From positions 2,332-66,331 of the forward strand of contig JBDRVQ010000004.1 of assembly GCA_039801905.1 (NCBI GenBank): a stretch of DNA of 64,000 bases, written 5' to 3'. A model generated the notes under the pieces. That model was not told where the DNA came from. It saw only the letters and a program-made list of their open reading frames with translations, and searched no databases. This document shows, piece by piece, positions 27,000 to 37,156 of this stretch (position 1 is its first letter; every line of letters starts with the position of its first letter). Both the position numbers and the translations under genes were made by a program. This stretch comes from a candidate division WOR-3 bacterium. Lineage in GTDB: Bacteria > Hydrothermota > Tepidihabitantia > Tepidihabitantales > JBDRVQ01.

Positions 27000-28420
27000 A
27001 AGAGTTAAAAAGTCTACATAAAAGTTTCCACTTGATTCTCACCCTATCCCGGTTTCTTCCTCCCCCAAGGGTAATAGAGAAATCCCATTTAATGGGTATA
27101 GTTGACTCCCAGGAGAGGAAAATACCAAAGAGGAGGGATTTATGCTTAACTTAAATCCCAATAACATAATCCCCTTTGGCGTCGACCCTTCAAGGGCCGA
27201 GTTAGCCATAGTGAGTATAAACGAAAGACCCACCCTTTTCAAGATAAGAAATAACCAAGATGGCCATAGGGAATTCTTGAAGAGAGTGGTGAAGATGAAA
27301 GAAGAGACAGGAAAGACTCCGGTCTTTGCCATTGAAGGAAACTCCCCCTTTGTTCTTGGTTTTACATTCCAGGCTTATCGTCTTGAATTCCCTACTTATG
27401 AAATAACGCCTTATCATCTTCATGAAGTAAGAAACCTTCTCCTCGGAGAAGACCAAAACGATTATCGGGATGCCAAGGCCGCAGCAATGGCAATAACCCA
27501 ATTACCTCAATTGTTAAAACCGGTAAAAAATGATTTGCTCTGGTTCGCCTTGAAAGTTTTAGTTTCTACCCGCCTCCGCTTAGTAAGAGACCAAACAAGG
27601 GACATTAACCTCCTTCATAACCATTTGAGCCAAATCTGGGGACCAGTTTATAAAAAGTTCTTTCCCATCCTTAACTCACCCCAAGCCCTTACCTTTTTTT
27701 CCACCTTTCCCACCCCGGTTGGCGTTTACGGAGCAGAAGAAGAGGTCTTAAATCTACTACAGGCGCAAGGATTACTTTACTATCGGGTAAAATGGGGTAA
27801 AAAGAAGGTAAAAGAGATAAAGGCAGAAGTTAAAGAGATGGACTGGAAAAGAGATGAGTATTTAACCGAACTTGGTCTAATAGTTAAGTCCTTTGCCACT
27901 GATGCCTTAAAGAGACTTCGGAGGATTAAAGAGATTGAAGAGAGGTTAAAAGAAAAGGCGAAGGGATGGAAAGAGGGAGAGATTTCTTTACTGAGGACAA
28001 TTCCTGGTTTTGACTGGGTTTTAGCCTGTTCGGTGGTGGTATTGATTGGTGATTTATCTCGGTTTGAGAGGAAAGCGGATTTTATTGCTTATTGCGGATT
28101 AGTCCTTTGTAGTAAAGAGAGTGGGAAAAAGAAAGGGAAGAAGAAGAGGAAGCGAAGGAATAAATTACTCTCCCATCTTTTTTACCAGGCGGCATTGGCT
28201 TCTTTGCGGAGTAGCGAGTTATCAAGGAAGTATTACCAGAAGAAGTTACAGGAAGGAAAGAAAGGGAAGCAAGCGATTAGGGCATTAGCAAAAAAGTTAG
28301 CAGAGATTACTTATGCGGTTCTTAAAAATAAGGAGCCCTATGATGAAACAAGGCTCCTGAATTAACTATTGACTTTACATAGAGAATCAAGGAGAAGAAT
28401 CTATTAATCGGACAGAATGA
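27000..28420 (+). mobile_element. IS110-family insertion sequence; boundaries approximate
   Basis: Contains an IS110-type DEDD transposase. The family lacks terminal inverted repeats, so the ends cannot be set from this copy alone. Confidence 0.4.
27142..28365 (+). CDS. IS110-family transposase
   Basis: N-terminus FGVDPSRAELAIVSI resembles the DEDD_Tnp_IS110 GIDVSK motif. C-terminus TIPGFDWVLACSVVVLIGDLSRFERKADFIAYCGLVL is the IS116/IS110/IS902 domain. GAGGAGGG lies upstream. Confidence 0.75.
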   Translation: MLNLNPNNIIPFGVDPSRAELAIVSINERPTLFKIRNNQDGHREFLKRVVKMKEETGKTPVFAIEGNSPFVLGFTFQAYRLEFPTYEITPYHLHEVRNLLLGEDQNDYRDAKAAAMAITQLPQLLKPVKNDLLWFALKVLVSTRLRLVRDQTRDINLLHNHLSQIWGPVYKKFFPILNSPQALTFFSTFPTPVGVYGAEEEVLNLLQAQGLLYYRVKWGKKKVKEIKAEVKEMDWKRDEYLTELGLIVKSFATDALKRLRRIKEIEERLKEKAKGWKEGEISLLRTIPGFDWVLACSVVVLIGDLSRFERKADFIAYCGLVLCSKESGKKKGKKKRKRRNKLLSHLFYQAALASLRSSELSRKYYQKKLQEGKKGKQAIRALAKKLAEITYAVLKNKEPYDETRLLN

Positions 28421-28520
28421 TTAAAATCTATCCAACTTTTAGTAAAAAATCTCTTGCTATTTTCTTTTGTTTAATTAGAATAGTAAATAAACCTTTTGGT
28501 TAATTTTTTGTCTAAATATT

Positions 28521-29804
28521 ATGGATAAGGAAAAGAAAAGGTTTTTCTTATTAAAGAAGGCGCTATTCCTCTTCACTACTTTTTCTTTTATTTCTTTGGG
28601 GGCAGAAACTTTAACGCTTGATGAATGTATTGCTTGGGCAAAGGCAAATAACTTACAACTTTTGGTATCCCGGATGGCAGTGGAACGGGCAAGAAAGGAT
28701 TTGACTTTAGCCCGGGCGGATTATTACCCCACTCTTGGTCTATCCAGTAGTTATCGTTACAGTAGTAGTTCGGCTCCTGAGGAGAGAGATTGGTTATCTT
28801 CTGGGAGGGGAAGTTTTGCCACGGGATTGAGTCTCCAATATCCGCTCTATAAAGGGGGGGCGATTAGAACCGGAGAGAAGATTGCGGAGATTAAGTTAAA
28901 GATTGCCGAAGAGAATTACCGGCAGACAGAAAATGAAGTTATTTATTCCTTGAAGCAAGTTTTTTTTAAGATTCTCCAGATGGCAGAACAGATTTCTCTA
29001 ATGGAGGAGGTTCTCAAAAGGCGCCAGGAAAATTTAATTTTGATTCGGTTAAATTATAATGTTGGTAGAGAGAACGAACCGGATGTGAAGCAGGCGGCTG
29101 CCAATTTAGAAGAGACGGAATACGAATACTTAAAAGCCCAGAAGAATCTCTCTTTGGCGAAAAAGGAACTCGCTCAGATTCTCAATCGTCCCGGAGAGGA
29201 GATAGAGATTTTTTATGAAGATAGAGAAAAAAGTTTCCCTTCGCTTGATAGTTTATTAAAAGAAGCGGAGGCGAGAAGGCCGGAGATGATTGTTGCCCAA
29301 AAGAATCGGGAGATTGCTCAAAACCAGGTTAAATTAGCGAAGAGTGCTTATTTTCCGACTCTCTCTTTCTCTTCTTCTTATGGTTGGCAGGGAAGTAAAA
29401 TTACCGACCAAAAAGACAATTGGGGATTAGGGGTCAACCTTTCTTTACCCCTCTTCAATGGCTTTGCCACTAAGGCGAAGGTGGCGGAGGCAAAAATTTC
29501 CTTAAAGCAAGAGGATTGGCAAATGTCAAATTTGAGATTAAAAATCAGACAGGAGGTGGAGGAGGCATATACGAATTGGCAATTAAGCGAAAAGAACGTA
29601 GCGGTGAGGAAGAAGATGTTGGCGGTGGTGCGTTCTGCTTACCAACTAACAAAATTACAATACGAACAAGGCAGAACCACTTATTTCTTTTTACAACAAA
29701 AGGAAGGAGAATTGACCCAGGCGGAGAATAATTATCTTAATGCCCTTTATAATTTCCGCCTGGCGATTGCCACCTTAGAAAAGGTTTTGGGAAGGAGTGA
29801 TTGA
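28521..29804 (+). CDS. TolC-like outer membrane efflux protein
   Basis: Signal peptide. Two repeated halves carrying the YYPTLGLSSSY and YFPTLSFSSSYGWQG outer-membrane-factor motifs. Confidence 0.7.
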   Translation: MDKEKKRFFLLKKALFLFTTFSFISLGAETLTLDECIAWAKANNLQLLVSRMAVERARKDLTLARADYYPTLGLSSSYRYSSSSAPEERDWLSSGRGSFATGLSLQYPLYKGGAIRTGEKIAEIKLKIAEENYRQTENEVIYSLKQVFFKILQMAEQISLMEEVLKRRQENLILIRLNYNVGRENEPDVKQAAANLEETEYEYLKAQKNLSLAKKELAQILNRPGEEIEIFYEDREKSFPSLDSLLKEAEARRPEMIVAQKNREIAQNQVKLAKSAYFPTLSFSSSYGWQGSKITDQKDNWGLGVNLSLPLFNGFATKAKVAEAKISLKQEDWQMSNLRLKIRQEVEEAYTNWQLSEKNVAVRKKMLAVVRSAYQLTKLQYEQGRTTYFFLQQKEGELTQAENNYLNALYNFRLAIATLEKVLGRSD

Positions 29805-30814
29805 TGAAGAAGTTTTTTATCTTTATTTTAATTTTAATAGTGATAGTGGTGGGTTTTTTCTTTATCCGCAGACGCTCAGTAAAACCGAAGGAGGAGATAT
29901 CTTCCGTTTTGGAAGTGAAGAGAGGGGATATTGAGGTTAAGGTTTTGGCGACCGGAACCATTCAACCCTATACCCGAGTGGAGATTCGTTCCCCGGTGAG
30001 CGGTCGGGTGGAAAGGGTGGAAGTAGACGAAGGGGATTTGGTGAAGAGCGGTGACATTTTGGCTTGGATTTCCAGTGAGGACCGGATTGCTTTAATTGAT
30101 GCGGCCCGCTCCGCCTTAGAGACGGCACAGAAAAGTAAAAACGAGGAAGCGATAAAAGAGGCAAAAGTTGCTTACGAAATTGCCGAAAAGGCTTATAAAC
30201 CAGTTCCTTTGACTAATTCCCTAGCAGGAGAGGTGATTAGTCGTGCCTGTGAACCGGGTCAGAATGTGACACCCCAGACTGTGCTTTTTGTCATTTCCGA
30301 CCGACTGGTGGCGAAGGTTCGGGTTGATGAGGCAGATATTGGTAAGATCACCATAGGCCAATCGGCAATCATTACCCTTGATGCCTTCCCCAATGAGCCG
30401 GTTGCCGCCCGGGTAGCAAAAATCGCTCGGGAGGCACAGGTGGTCTCGGATGTGGTGGTCTATGATGTTCTGGTTGAGCCAATAAGTGTGCCGGCACGTT
30501 GGGCATCGGGTATGACCGCTAATGTCTCCTTTATGGTGATGAGTAAGAAAGGGGTTTTAACTTTACCGAATGCGGCAATAAGGGAAAGAGAAGGTGAAAA
30601 GTTTGTGATGGTGATGAGGGAAAATCGGCCGGAGCCAAGAAGGATTGAAACCGGCGCTACCGATGGGAAGTTGACCGAAATTTTAGCGGGATTGGAGGAA
30701 GGGGAGAAGGTTCTAATAGGTGGTAGTTTCCCTGGAAGGGGGGAGAGGAGAAGTGAGGCGGAGCGTCGTTTCCGGCAGATGATGAGGCAGATGCCGCCAG
30801 GAGGCTTCCGTTGA
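29801..30814 (+). CDS. macA: Efflux periplasmic adaptor (HlyD/MacA membrane fusion protein)
   Basis: N-terminal transmembrane helix, a coiled coil, and beta-barrel and lipoyl-like segments. Overlaps tolC by 4 bp and precedes macB. Confidence 0.7.
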   Translation: MMKKFFIFILILIVIVVGFFFIRRRSVKPKEEISSVLEVKRGDIEVKVLATGTIQPYTRVEIRSPVSGRVERVEVDEGDLVKSGDILAWISSEDRIALIDAARSALETAQKSKNEEAIKEAKVAYEIAEKAYKPVPLTNSLAGEVISRACEPGQNVTPQTVLFVISDRLVAKVRVDEADIGKITIGQSAIITLDAFPNEPVAARVAKIAREAQVVSDVVVYDVLVEPISVPARWASGMTANVSFMVMSKKGVLTLPNAAIREREGEKFVMVMRENRPEPRRIETGATDGKLTEILAGLEEGEKVLIGGSFPGRGERRSEAERRFRQMMRQMPPGGFR

Positions 30815-32751
30815 TTGAGTTAAGAAACATCACCAAGATTTACCGGTTGGGTAAGGTTGAGTTACGCGCCTTAAATAATATCTCTTTTTCTATTACCGAT
30901 GGTGAATTCATTGCCATTATGGGTCCTTCGGGTTCGGGAAAATCAACCCTCCTTAATATCCTCGGTTGTCTTGATGTGCCCACGGAAGGGGCATATTTAA
31001 TTGATGGGGTGGAGGTGAGCAAACTTTCGGATAGGCAATTGGCGCAGATTCGGAACGAGAAATTTGGTTTCGTCTTCCAAAATTATAACCTCCTTCCCCG
31101 CCTCAATGCCTGGGCTAATGTGGAATTGCCTCTCATCTATTCGGGGAATTATCATCGGCGGAAGGAGAAAGTTTTCCGCGCCTTAGAGGTGGTGAATCTG
31201 AGAGAACGGGCGTTTCACCGGCCGAGTGAACTATCCGGTGGGGAGCAGCAGAGGGTGGCAATCGCCCGGGCTTTGATTAATGAGCCGTCAATTATTCTGG
31301 CTGATGAGCCAACCGGCAACCTTGATTCCAAAACCGGGAAGGAGATAATGGAGATTTTGACCGGATTGAATGAGAAGGGGATTACGATTGTGATGGTCAC
31401 CCACGATAATAACATTGCCAATTATGCCCAAAGGATAATTCGTTTACGCGACGGCGAGATTATTGAGGACGAAAGAAGAAAAGAGATGGTTTCTCTTCCC
31501 AAAAAACCGAGCCCCACCTTTCAGCGTAAGAGAAAATTTTCTCTGGCGGAATTGAAAGAGAGTGTTAAGATGGCAATCTTTTCTATCTTAGCAAATAAAC
31601 TGCGTAGTTTCCTAACGATGCTCGGGATTATCGTTGGCGTTGCCGCGGTGATTACAATGATTGCTCTTGGGCAGGGTGCCAGCGCCCAAATCACCCAACG
31701 GATTAAACAGATGGGTTCAAATTTAGTGATGGTCAATCAGTTCCGGCGGATGGTCGGTGGGGGGAGTGTCACTCCCCTTTCTTATAGCGATGCCTTGGCA
31801 ATTAAGGAAAAGATTACTTCAGTTGCCCGGATTGATGCCTCCTTCCGGCAGCGGGCGCCGGTGGTTTATGGCAACTTAAATGTCAATACCGAAATAAATG
31901 GCGTGACGCCCAATTTCCCTATCGTCCGAAACTTTCCCGTAGAAAGGGGTTCTTTCTTTACGGAAGAGGATAATCAATTGATGCGCCGGGTGGCGGTTTT
32001 GGGCAAGACCGTGGTGAAGAAACTCTTCGGCGAGGAAGACCCGATTGGGCAGTACATAAAGATTAGGAGGGTGATCTTCCAGGTGATTGGGGTGATGAGT
32101 GAGAAAGGGAGTAGTGGATTTCGGGATGAGGATGATGTGGTCTTTATCCCTCTGCGCACCGCCCAGAAGAGGTTATTCGGTTTAGATCGGGACCGGGTGA
32201 TGGAGATAAATATTGAAGTGAAGAATGAGAAGATGATTGATACCACTATCAAAGAGGTTACTCAACTTCTAAGGGAGCGGCACCGGATCCGGGAAGGAGA
32301 AGAAGATGATTTTAATGTCCGCTCCCAGGCGGAGATTCTTTCTACGGTGCAGGAGACGAGTCGCACCTTTACCTTACTTCTGGCGGGAATTGCGATTGTC
32401 AGTCTCATCGTTGGGGGAATTGGGATTATGAACATTATGTTTGTTTCGGTTACCGAGAGAACCAGGGAGATTGGGATTCGCAAGGCGATCGGCGCCCAGC
32501 GGATTGATATCTTAGGGCAGTTTTTGATTGAGGCGGTGATTGTCTCTCTGTCCGGTGGGATAATCGGGATTCTCTTGGGTATTGGCGCGAGTAAATTGGT
32601 CAGCCGGTTTGCCGGTTGGACAACAATTATTACCCCGACTTCTATTTTATTATCCTTCTTCTTTGCCTTTCTCGTGGGATTTTTCTTTGGGGTCTATCCG
32701 GCACGGAAGGCTTCGCTTCTCAATCCGATTGAAGCCCTCCGCTACGAATAG
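30811..32751 (+). CDS. macB: MacB-type ABC transporter: ATPase fused to an FtsX-like permease
   Basis: Walker [13 protein letters not shown], signature [15 protein letters not shown], and a C-terminal four-helix FtsX/MacB permease. Confidence 0.85.
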   Translation: MIELRNITKIYRLGKVELRALNNISFSITDGEFIAIMGPSGSGKSTLLNILGCLDVPTEGAYLIDGVEVSKLSDRQLAQIRNEKFGFVFQNYNLLPRLNAWANVELPLIYSGNYHRRKEKVFRALEVVNLRERAFHRPSELSGGEQQRVAIARALINEPSIILADEPTGNLDSKTGKEIMEILTGLNEKGITIVMVTHDNNIANYAQRIIRLRDGEIIEDERRKEMVSLPKKPSPTFQRKRKFSLAELKESVKMAIFSILANKLRSFLTMLGIIVGVAAVITMIALGQGASAQITQRIKQMGSNLVMVNQFRRMVGGGSVTPLSYSDALAIKEKITSVARIDASFRQRAPVVYGNLNVNTEINGVTPNFPIVRNFPVERGSFFTEEDNQLMRRVAVLGKTVVKKLFGEEDPIGQYIKIRRVIFQVIGVMSEKGSSGFRDEDDVVFIPLRTAQKRLFGLDRDRVMEINIEVKNEKMIDTTIKEVTQLLRERHRIREGEEDDFNVRSQAEILSTVQETSRTFTLLLAGIAIVSLIVGGIGIMNIMFVSVTERTREIGIRKAIGAQRIDILGQFLIEAVIVSLSGGIIGILLGIGASKLVSRFAGWTTIITPTSILLSFFFAFLVGFFFGVYPARKASLLNPIEALRYE

Positions 32752-32794
32752 AAATTTTTTTGGGAAGAGAAACGTCTCTTATTTTCCCTATGCT

Positions 32795-32995
32795 GATGAG
32801 TCTTAAAATTAGTCCGCCGATGAGAAATTTTATCATTTCCCTCCCTGGACCTTTTTCCCCCACCTTTCTTTTTCCCTTTCCCTTGCCATTGATTGGGCGT
32901 TTCATTCTTCCTTTTATTAAACTATAAATTAGGTCATTTAAAAGAGGAGAAAGGGCTGGGAGGTGGTGGTAGGGGGGATAACCTTTGAAAGGTGA
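32795..32995 (-). repeat. Diverged, truncated, inverted copy (C) of the repeated upstream element
   Basis: The reverse complement carries ccccctaccaccacctccc, gataaaatttctcat and cggactaatttt in the same order, and at similar spacing, as copies A and B. Confidence 0.4.
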
Positions 32996-33001
32996 TATCT
33001 C

Positions 33002-33646
33002 CTATGATACAACCCAACCAATCACTTTCTTAATCTCTTCTATCCCAATCGCCCCTTCCCGTAAGATGCGGGGTGGGGTTTGGGTGAGGTCAACAATAGT
33101 TGACTCTTTACCGATTTCGGTCTTTCCGCCATCAAGGATTAAATCAATCTCTTCCCCAATACTTTTTATCACATCCTCAGCGGTTAAGGGGCTTTTCTCA
33201 CCATGGCGGTTAGCGGAGGTGAGGGTGAGAAAGGTTTTACTTCTTTCTATTATCTTTAAGGCAACGGGCGAACGGGGAATTCTCACTGCGATATTATCTC
33301 GGTGACCGCTCAAAGTTAAAGAGAGGGAAGGTTTTTTCTTTAAGATACAGGTGATTGGACCCGGGGAGTATCTTTTGAATAGTTCTATTGCCAAAGCGGG
33401 TATCTCCTCACAGATTTGGTAAAGGTCACTAATATCTTTTATCCCAACTATTAAACCTTCGCTCAAAGGACGTCGTTTCACCAAAAAGACCTGGCGCACC
33501 GCGGATTCGTTTTTAATATCACAGGCAAGGCCATAAACGGTTTCCGTTGGTAAGGCGACTAGACCCCCTTCTTTAATAATTCTTACCGCCTCTTCTATTA
33601 CCGTCTCTTCGGGCTCTTTCGGATTTATTTTAATTATTTTCGCCAT
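33002..33646 (-). CDS. tsaC: L-threonylcarbamoyladenylate synthase (TsaC/YrdC family)
   Basis: YrdC fold motifs LPTETVYGLACD and VFLVKRRP. 214 aa. Confidence 0.75.
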   Translation of the reverse strand: MAKIIKINPKEPEETVIEEAVRIIKEGGLVALPTETVYGLACDIKNESAVRQVFLVKRRPLSEGLIVGIKDISDLYQICEEIPALAIELFKRYSPGPITCILKKKPSLSLTLSGHRDNIAVRIPRSPVALKIIERSKTFLTLTSANRHGEKSPLTAEDVIKSIGEEIDLILDGGKTEIGKESTIVDLTQTPPRILREGAIGIEEIKKVIGWVVS

Positions 33647-35486
33647 CCGTTTTCAGACCTTCCACGGCGATGATTTCGTAATCCTCCCCTTCCCAATTTA
33701 TTCTCTCGCCCGTGCGCTTTCCCAAAAGGGAGCGACCGAAGGGGGATTGGTAGGAGATGATATTCTTTTCTAAGTCAATATCCCAGGGACCGAGGATGGT
33801 CCATTCCTTAATCTCATTGGTCAATAAATTTCTTATCCTTACTCGGCTCCCGATTTCTACTTCGGTCAAATCTCCTTTGGGGAAGGTTATCGGCACCGCC
33901 TTGGCTAAATCTTCCTCCAATTTCTTTATCCGGTTCATTAACCGGTTCCTCTCTTCCTTGGCGATTTTGTATTCGTAATTCTCCGAAAGGTCGCCATAAC
34001 TGCGGGCTCGGGCTAAGGCTTCGGCATTCTTCTTCAACTCAACCTGCAAAAGGCGCTTTAACTCCTCCTCCATTCTCTTTATCCCTTCTTCGGTATTATA
34101 AATGACATCTTTCTCCTCTTTAAGACCACTCAACTCTTTGATCGTCCTCTCCATTTCCCCCTTTTCGTAATCAAGGAGGGAAGGGAGAAAAGGGAGGGAG
34201 GAGAGGATTCTTCTCCGCTCTTCCTCATTCATCTCCCGAATCGCCTCTTTAACAAATTCTTTATCCTTTAGGAGTCTTTTATGGTAGCGCCAGAACTCTT
34301 TATATTTTTTATTACCCAAAAGTTCGTAAAGCCGGAGGAAGAGCGCTTTAGTGATAAATCGCCCTTTGTAGTTTTTTACTAGCCAATAGAAGTGGAAGGG
34401 ATAAAAGTGATAAGAGGTGAAGACTTCATAAAGGATAGTTTCCAAGTCCGATTCTTCCATATTTTGGGCTAAAAGATTAAAGAGTTTCTCTTCCCTTGTG
34501 GCGAAGAATATCTTAAAGAAAATCTCCGACCAGTTTTCCCTCTCCTCTTTTATCTTTTGGAGAAATTCCTTCCGTAAGGGATGGGTTAAGTTCTCTATCA
34601 TTTTTATCATCTCCTCTTCCCTTTCCGGAATTTCCCCAAGAGAGAAAATTACCTTCTCTTCTTTCTTCTCCTCTTTGGCTTGGAGTTGGTCGGTCCATTC
34701 GTAAACCCTTTCTTTTTCCTGTTTGCTTTGGATTTGAGGATGGGCATTGATTTCCGTTTTCACCTTTTTCCAAAAGTTTTCCCAGTCGGTGACAATCCCT
34801 GAGAGGTGGGATTTGATTTCGGAAAGTCTTAACTTCTTAAAACTTTTCAGGAGGAGGAGGAATAAGGCGCCGGGGTCGGTTTCGGATAATCTTTTTAACT
34901 CTTCCGGGTTCGTTTCCTTTTGCACTAAATAATGCTCAAAAGGAAGGGGGGTAAAATTTTTGAAGAGGTAGGCGATGGGGATTTTCTTTTCTTCCTGGGC
35001 AAATTTCACTAAGACCTGCTCCAAAAGGAAATCGTATCCTTTTATCCTTCCCAACCCCTCTTTATTAGAAAAGATGAAATTCCCAACGGTAAAACGGGCA
35101 AAGTTCTCCACCGTCTCAATCCCTTCTTTAATATCCTCGTCACCATCAAGATGGCTCTGGGAGATGTAATCTTCAATCTCGGGAATTGGGTAGGCAACTT
35201 TTAATAGGTTAATTGCCTCCTTTCGCAGATTGAAGTCCTTTGGCAGATACTGGGATTGCATCTTTAAGATGGTTAAGGCAGAGGGGTAGTCTTTTTTCTC
35301 TTTTAAGTAGTCAAGGATTAAGGAGAAGAGAGAAGAAGGGAGGGGCAATTGATTTTCCTTTTGGAGAAAGGAGAAGATTTCTAAAATTAAATTGGCAGGC
35401 GGGTTTTTCTCTAAGACCGAGAGCAAGAAATCTTCTAAGTTTCCCCGTTTTATCTCTCTCCTTAATGGTTTTATTATCTCTTCCAT
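33630..35486 (-). CDS. GreA/GreB-family transcript cleavage factor with a ~450-aa N-terminal extension
   Basis: The C-terminal 160 aa carry the Gre coiled-coil tip (SYGDLSENYEYK) and an FKBP-like domain (SYQSPFGRSLLGKRTGERINWEGEDYEIIAVE). The N-terminal 450 aa are K/E-rich with no recognisable domain. Confidence 0.6.
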   Translation of the reverse strand: MEEIIKPLRREIKRGNLEDFLLSVLEKNPPANLILEIFSFLQKENQLPLPSSLFSLILDYLKEKKDYPSALTILKMQSQYLPKDFNLRKEAINLLKVAYPIPEIEDYISQSHLDGDEDIKEGIETVENFARFTVGNFIFSNKEGLGRIKGYDFLLEQVLVKFAQEEKKIPIAYLFKNFTPLPFEHYLVQKETNPEELKRLSETDPGALFLLLLKSFKKLRLSEIKSHLSGIVTDWENFWKKVKTEINAHPQIQSKQEKERVYEWTDQLQAKEEKKEEKVIFSLGEIPEREEEMIKMIENLTHPLRKEFLQKIKEERENWSEIFFKIFFATREEKLFNLLAQNMEESDLETILYEVFTSYHFYPFHFYWLVKNYKGRFITKALFLRLYELLGNKKYKEFWRYHKRLLKDKEFVKEAIREMNEEERRRILSSLPFLPSLLDYEKGEMERTIKELSGLKEEKDVIYNTEEGIKRMEEELKRLLQVELKKNAEALARARSYGDLSENYEYKIAKEERNRLMNRIKKLEEDLAKAVPITFPKGDLTEVEIGSRVRIRNLLTNEIKEWTILGPWDIDLEKNIISYQSPFGRSLLGKRTGERINWEGEDYEIIAVEGLKTDGENN

Positions 35487-35487
35487 A

Positions 35488-36534
35488 TTAAGGGAGGGAG
35501 GAGAAGGGAAATGGGGTGAAGGTTAAAATTAAGATGAGGAGGGCGATCAGGGCAAAGATCTTTTCTCTTCTCTCTAAGCCGGTTATCTCGTCTTGGACTG
35601 GTGGGTGACGGAGACCTAAGACAAAGACTAAGAAGATCCAGAAATACCATCCGGGCCAGCGGATACCCAAAAGCGCCATAAGACCAATGATAATAAGCAT
35701 CACGATTTTCATCTTCTTATAAAATACGGCGTAGGCGATATGACCACCATCCAACTGCCCTAAGGGCAAAAGGTTCATTGCGGTAACGAAAAATCCGAGC
35801 CAACCGGCAAATGCCATGGGATGGAGAAGGATATCGGTTTTTGGTGGGATCTGGGGGAAGAAGATCTTAGAAAGGAGGGTGAAGATCAGGGAAGAACCGA
35901 GTCCGATTCCTCCTTTTAATTCTTCAGAGGAGACAATTTTTGAATATTTAAGTCCGATGATGGTGATGGGGATGGCAATTAAGAAACCAGTCAAAGGACC
36001 AGCGAGCCCAACTTGGATTAAAGCCTTGCGGGAAGGGATTACCGATTTTATCCGGATGAAGGCACCCATCGTACCAATTAGGGGATGGGGGACAGGAAGG
36101 AAATGGGGTAAGGTAGCCGAAACCCCGTGCCGGCGGGCAGTTAAATAATGTCCCAATTCGTGACCACCGAGGATGGTTAAAAGGGAGAAGGAGAAGGGTA
36201 AGCCCAAAATTAAATCTTTTGGCGAGGCGAATGGATTGCCACCCCGATTGAGGGAGCCGATAAGAATGGTAGAAAAAATTGTTAAAAGGAGGAGGATGAG
36301 CGGTAAGAGGTATTCGGTCTTCTCTTCCTTGGGGACAAAACCGGAGACCAATCTAATTACTTCCTTCTCTCCTTCCTTCCGGAAGAAAGGGAAATAGCCT
36401 GCTCTTTGCAAAATCTCTTTTAAGGAACGGATACTCTCTTCTTTTGGTTCTAAGATCTTGCCCGAGATTTCATTCTCATCCCAGGTTTCAATTAAGAAAA
36501 ATCTTTCCAGTTCTTTAAGAAGTTTCTCTTCCAT
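35488..36534 (-). CDS. M50-family (site-2 protease-like) membrane metalloprotease
   Basis: HELGHYLTARRHG HExxH motif within a transmembrane helix, the second motif LLPLGQLDGGHI, and multiple transmembrane helices. Confidence 0.6.
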   Translation of the reverse strand: MEEKLLKELERFFLIETWDENEISGKILEPKEESIRSLKEILQRAGYFPFFRKEGEKEVIRLVSGFVPKEEKTEYLLPLILLLLTIFSTILIGSLNRGGNPFASPKDLILGLPFSFSLLTILGGHELGHYLTARRHGVSATLPHFLPVPHPLIGTMGAFIRIKSVIPSRKALIQVGLAGPLTGFLIAIPITIIGLKYSKIVSSEELKGGIGLGSSLIFTLLSKIFFPQIPPKTDILLHPMAFAGWLGFFVTAMNLLPLGQLDGGHIAYAVFYKKMKIVMLIIIGLMALLGIRWPGWYFWIFLVFVLGLRHPPVQDEITGLERREKIFALIALLILILTFTPFPFSSLP

Positions 36535-37156
36535 TTTCCCTCCGGCTCAATACCACCCTGGTGATTACTTCTTTCACTTCATTCATCTCCACTCTTTTCC
36601 CTAAGATATTTTCCATTGCGGTCATTGGCAAATTCTTTTTGCCGCAAGGATGAATGAAGGAGAAGGGTTTTAAGTCATTTAAGACATTGAGGGCAATCCC
36701 GTGATAGGTGACCTTATCTTTGAGGGCAAAGCCGAAGGAGGCAATCTTTTTCCCTTGGACATAAATTCCGATATTCCTTTCGTCCGCGGTCGCAGCAATG
36801 CCAAAGATTTTTAAGGTTTGGATTATCACCCCTTCCCAATAGTTAATAAATCTTCTAATCCCAGCCATCCCTTCCTTTAAGAAGAAGATGGGATAGATTA
36901 AGAGTTGACCGAACCCGTGGTAGGTGATATCACCACCCCTTTCGGTGCGGTAGAAAGAGATTCCCATCGCCTGCAACTTTTCTACTGAGACCAAAAGATT
37001 TTCCATCTTCCCATTCTTTCCTAAGGTAATTACCGGAGGATGGATGACAAAAATTAAGGTATCGGGAATCTCGTCCCTTACCCTTTGCTGATGAATCTCC
37101 TTTTGGAAATCTTCTGCCAGTTTATATTCACAAACTCCTAAGTCAATAATCTTCAT
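36515..37156 (-). CDS. lipB: Octanoyltransferase (lipoyl(octanoyl) transferase) LipB
   Basis: RGGDITYHGFGQLLIYPI and the catalytic-Cys region HPCGKK. 213 aa. Adjacent to lpd. Confidence 0.75.
   Translation of the reverse strand: MKIIDLGVCEYKLAEDFQKEIHQQRVRDEIPDTLIFVIHPPVITLGKNGKMENLLVSVEKLQAMGISFYRTERGGDITYHGFGQLLIYPIFFLKEGMAGIRRFINYWEGVIIQTLKIFGIAATADERNIGIYVQGKKIASFGFALKDKVTYHGIALNVLNDLKPFSFIHPCGKKNLPMTAMENILGKRVEMNEVKEVITRVVLSRRENGRETS

Noticed and set aside
32720-32905. 61-aa minus ORF (MKRPINGKGKGKRK...) downstream of macB
   Set aside because: It is glycine- and lysine-rich and low-complexity. It lies inside the degenerate element copy C and overlaps the macB 3' end.
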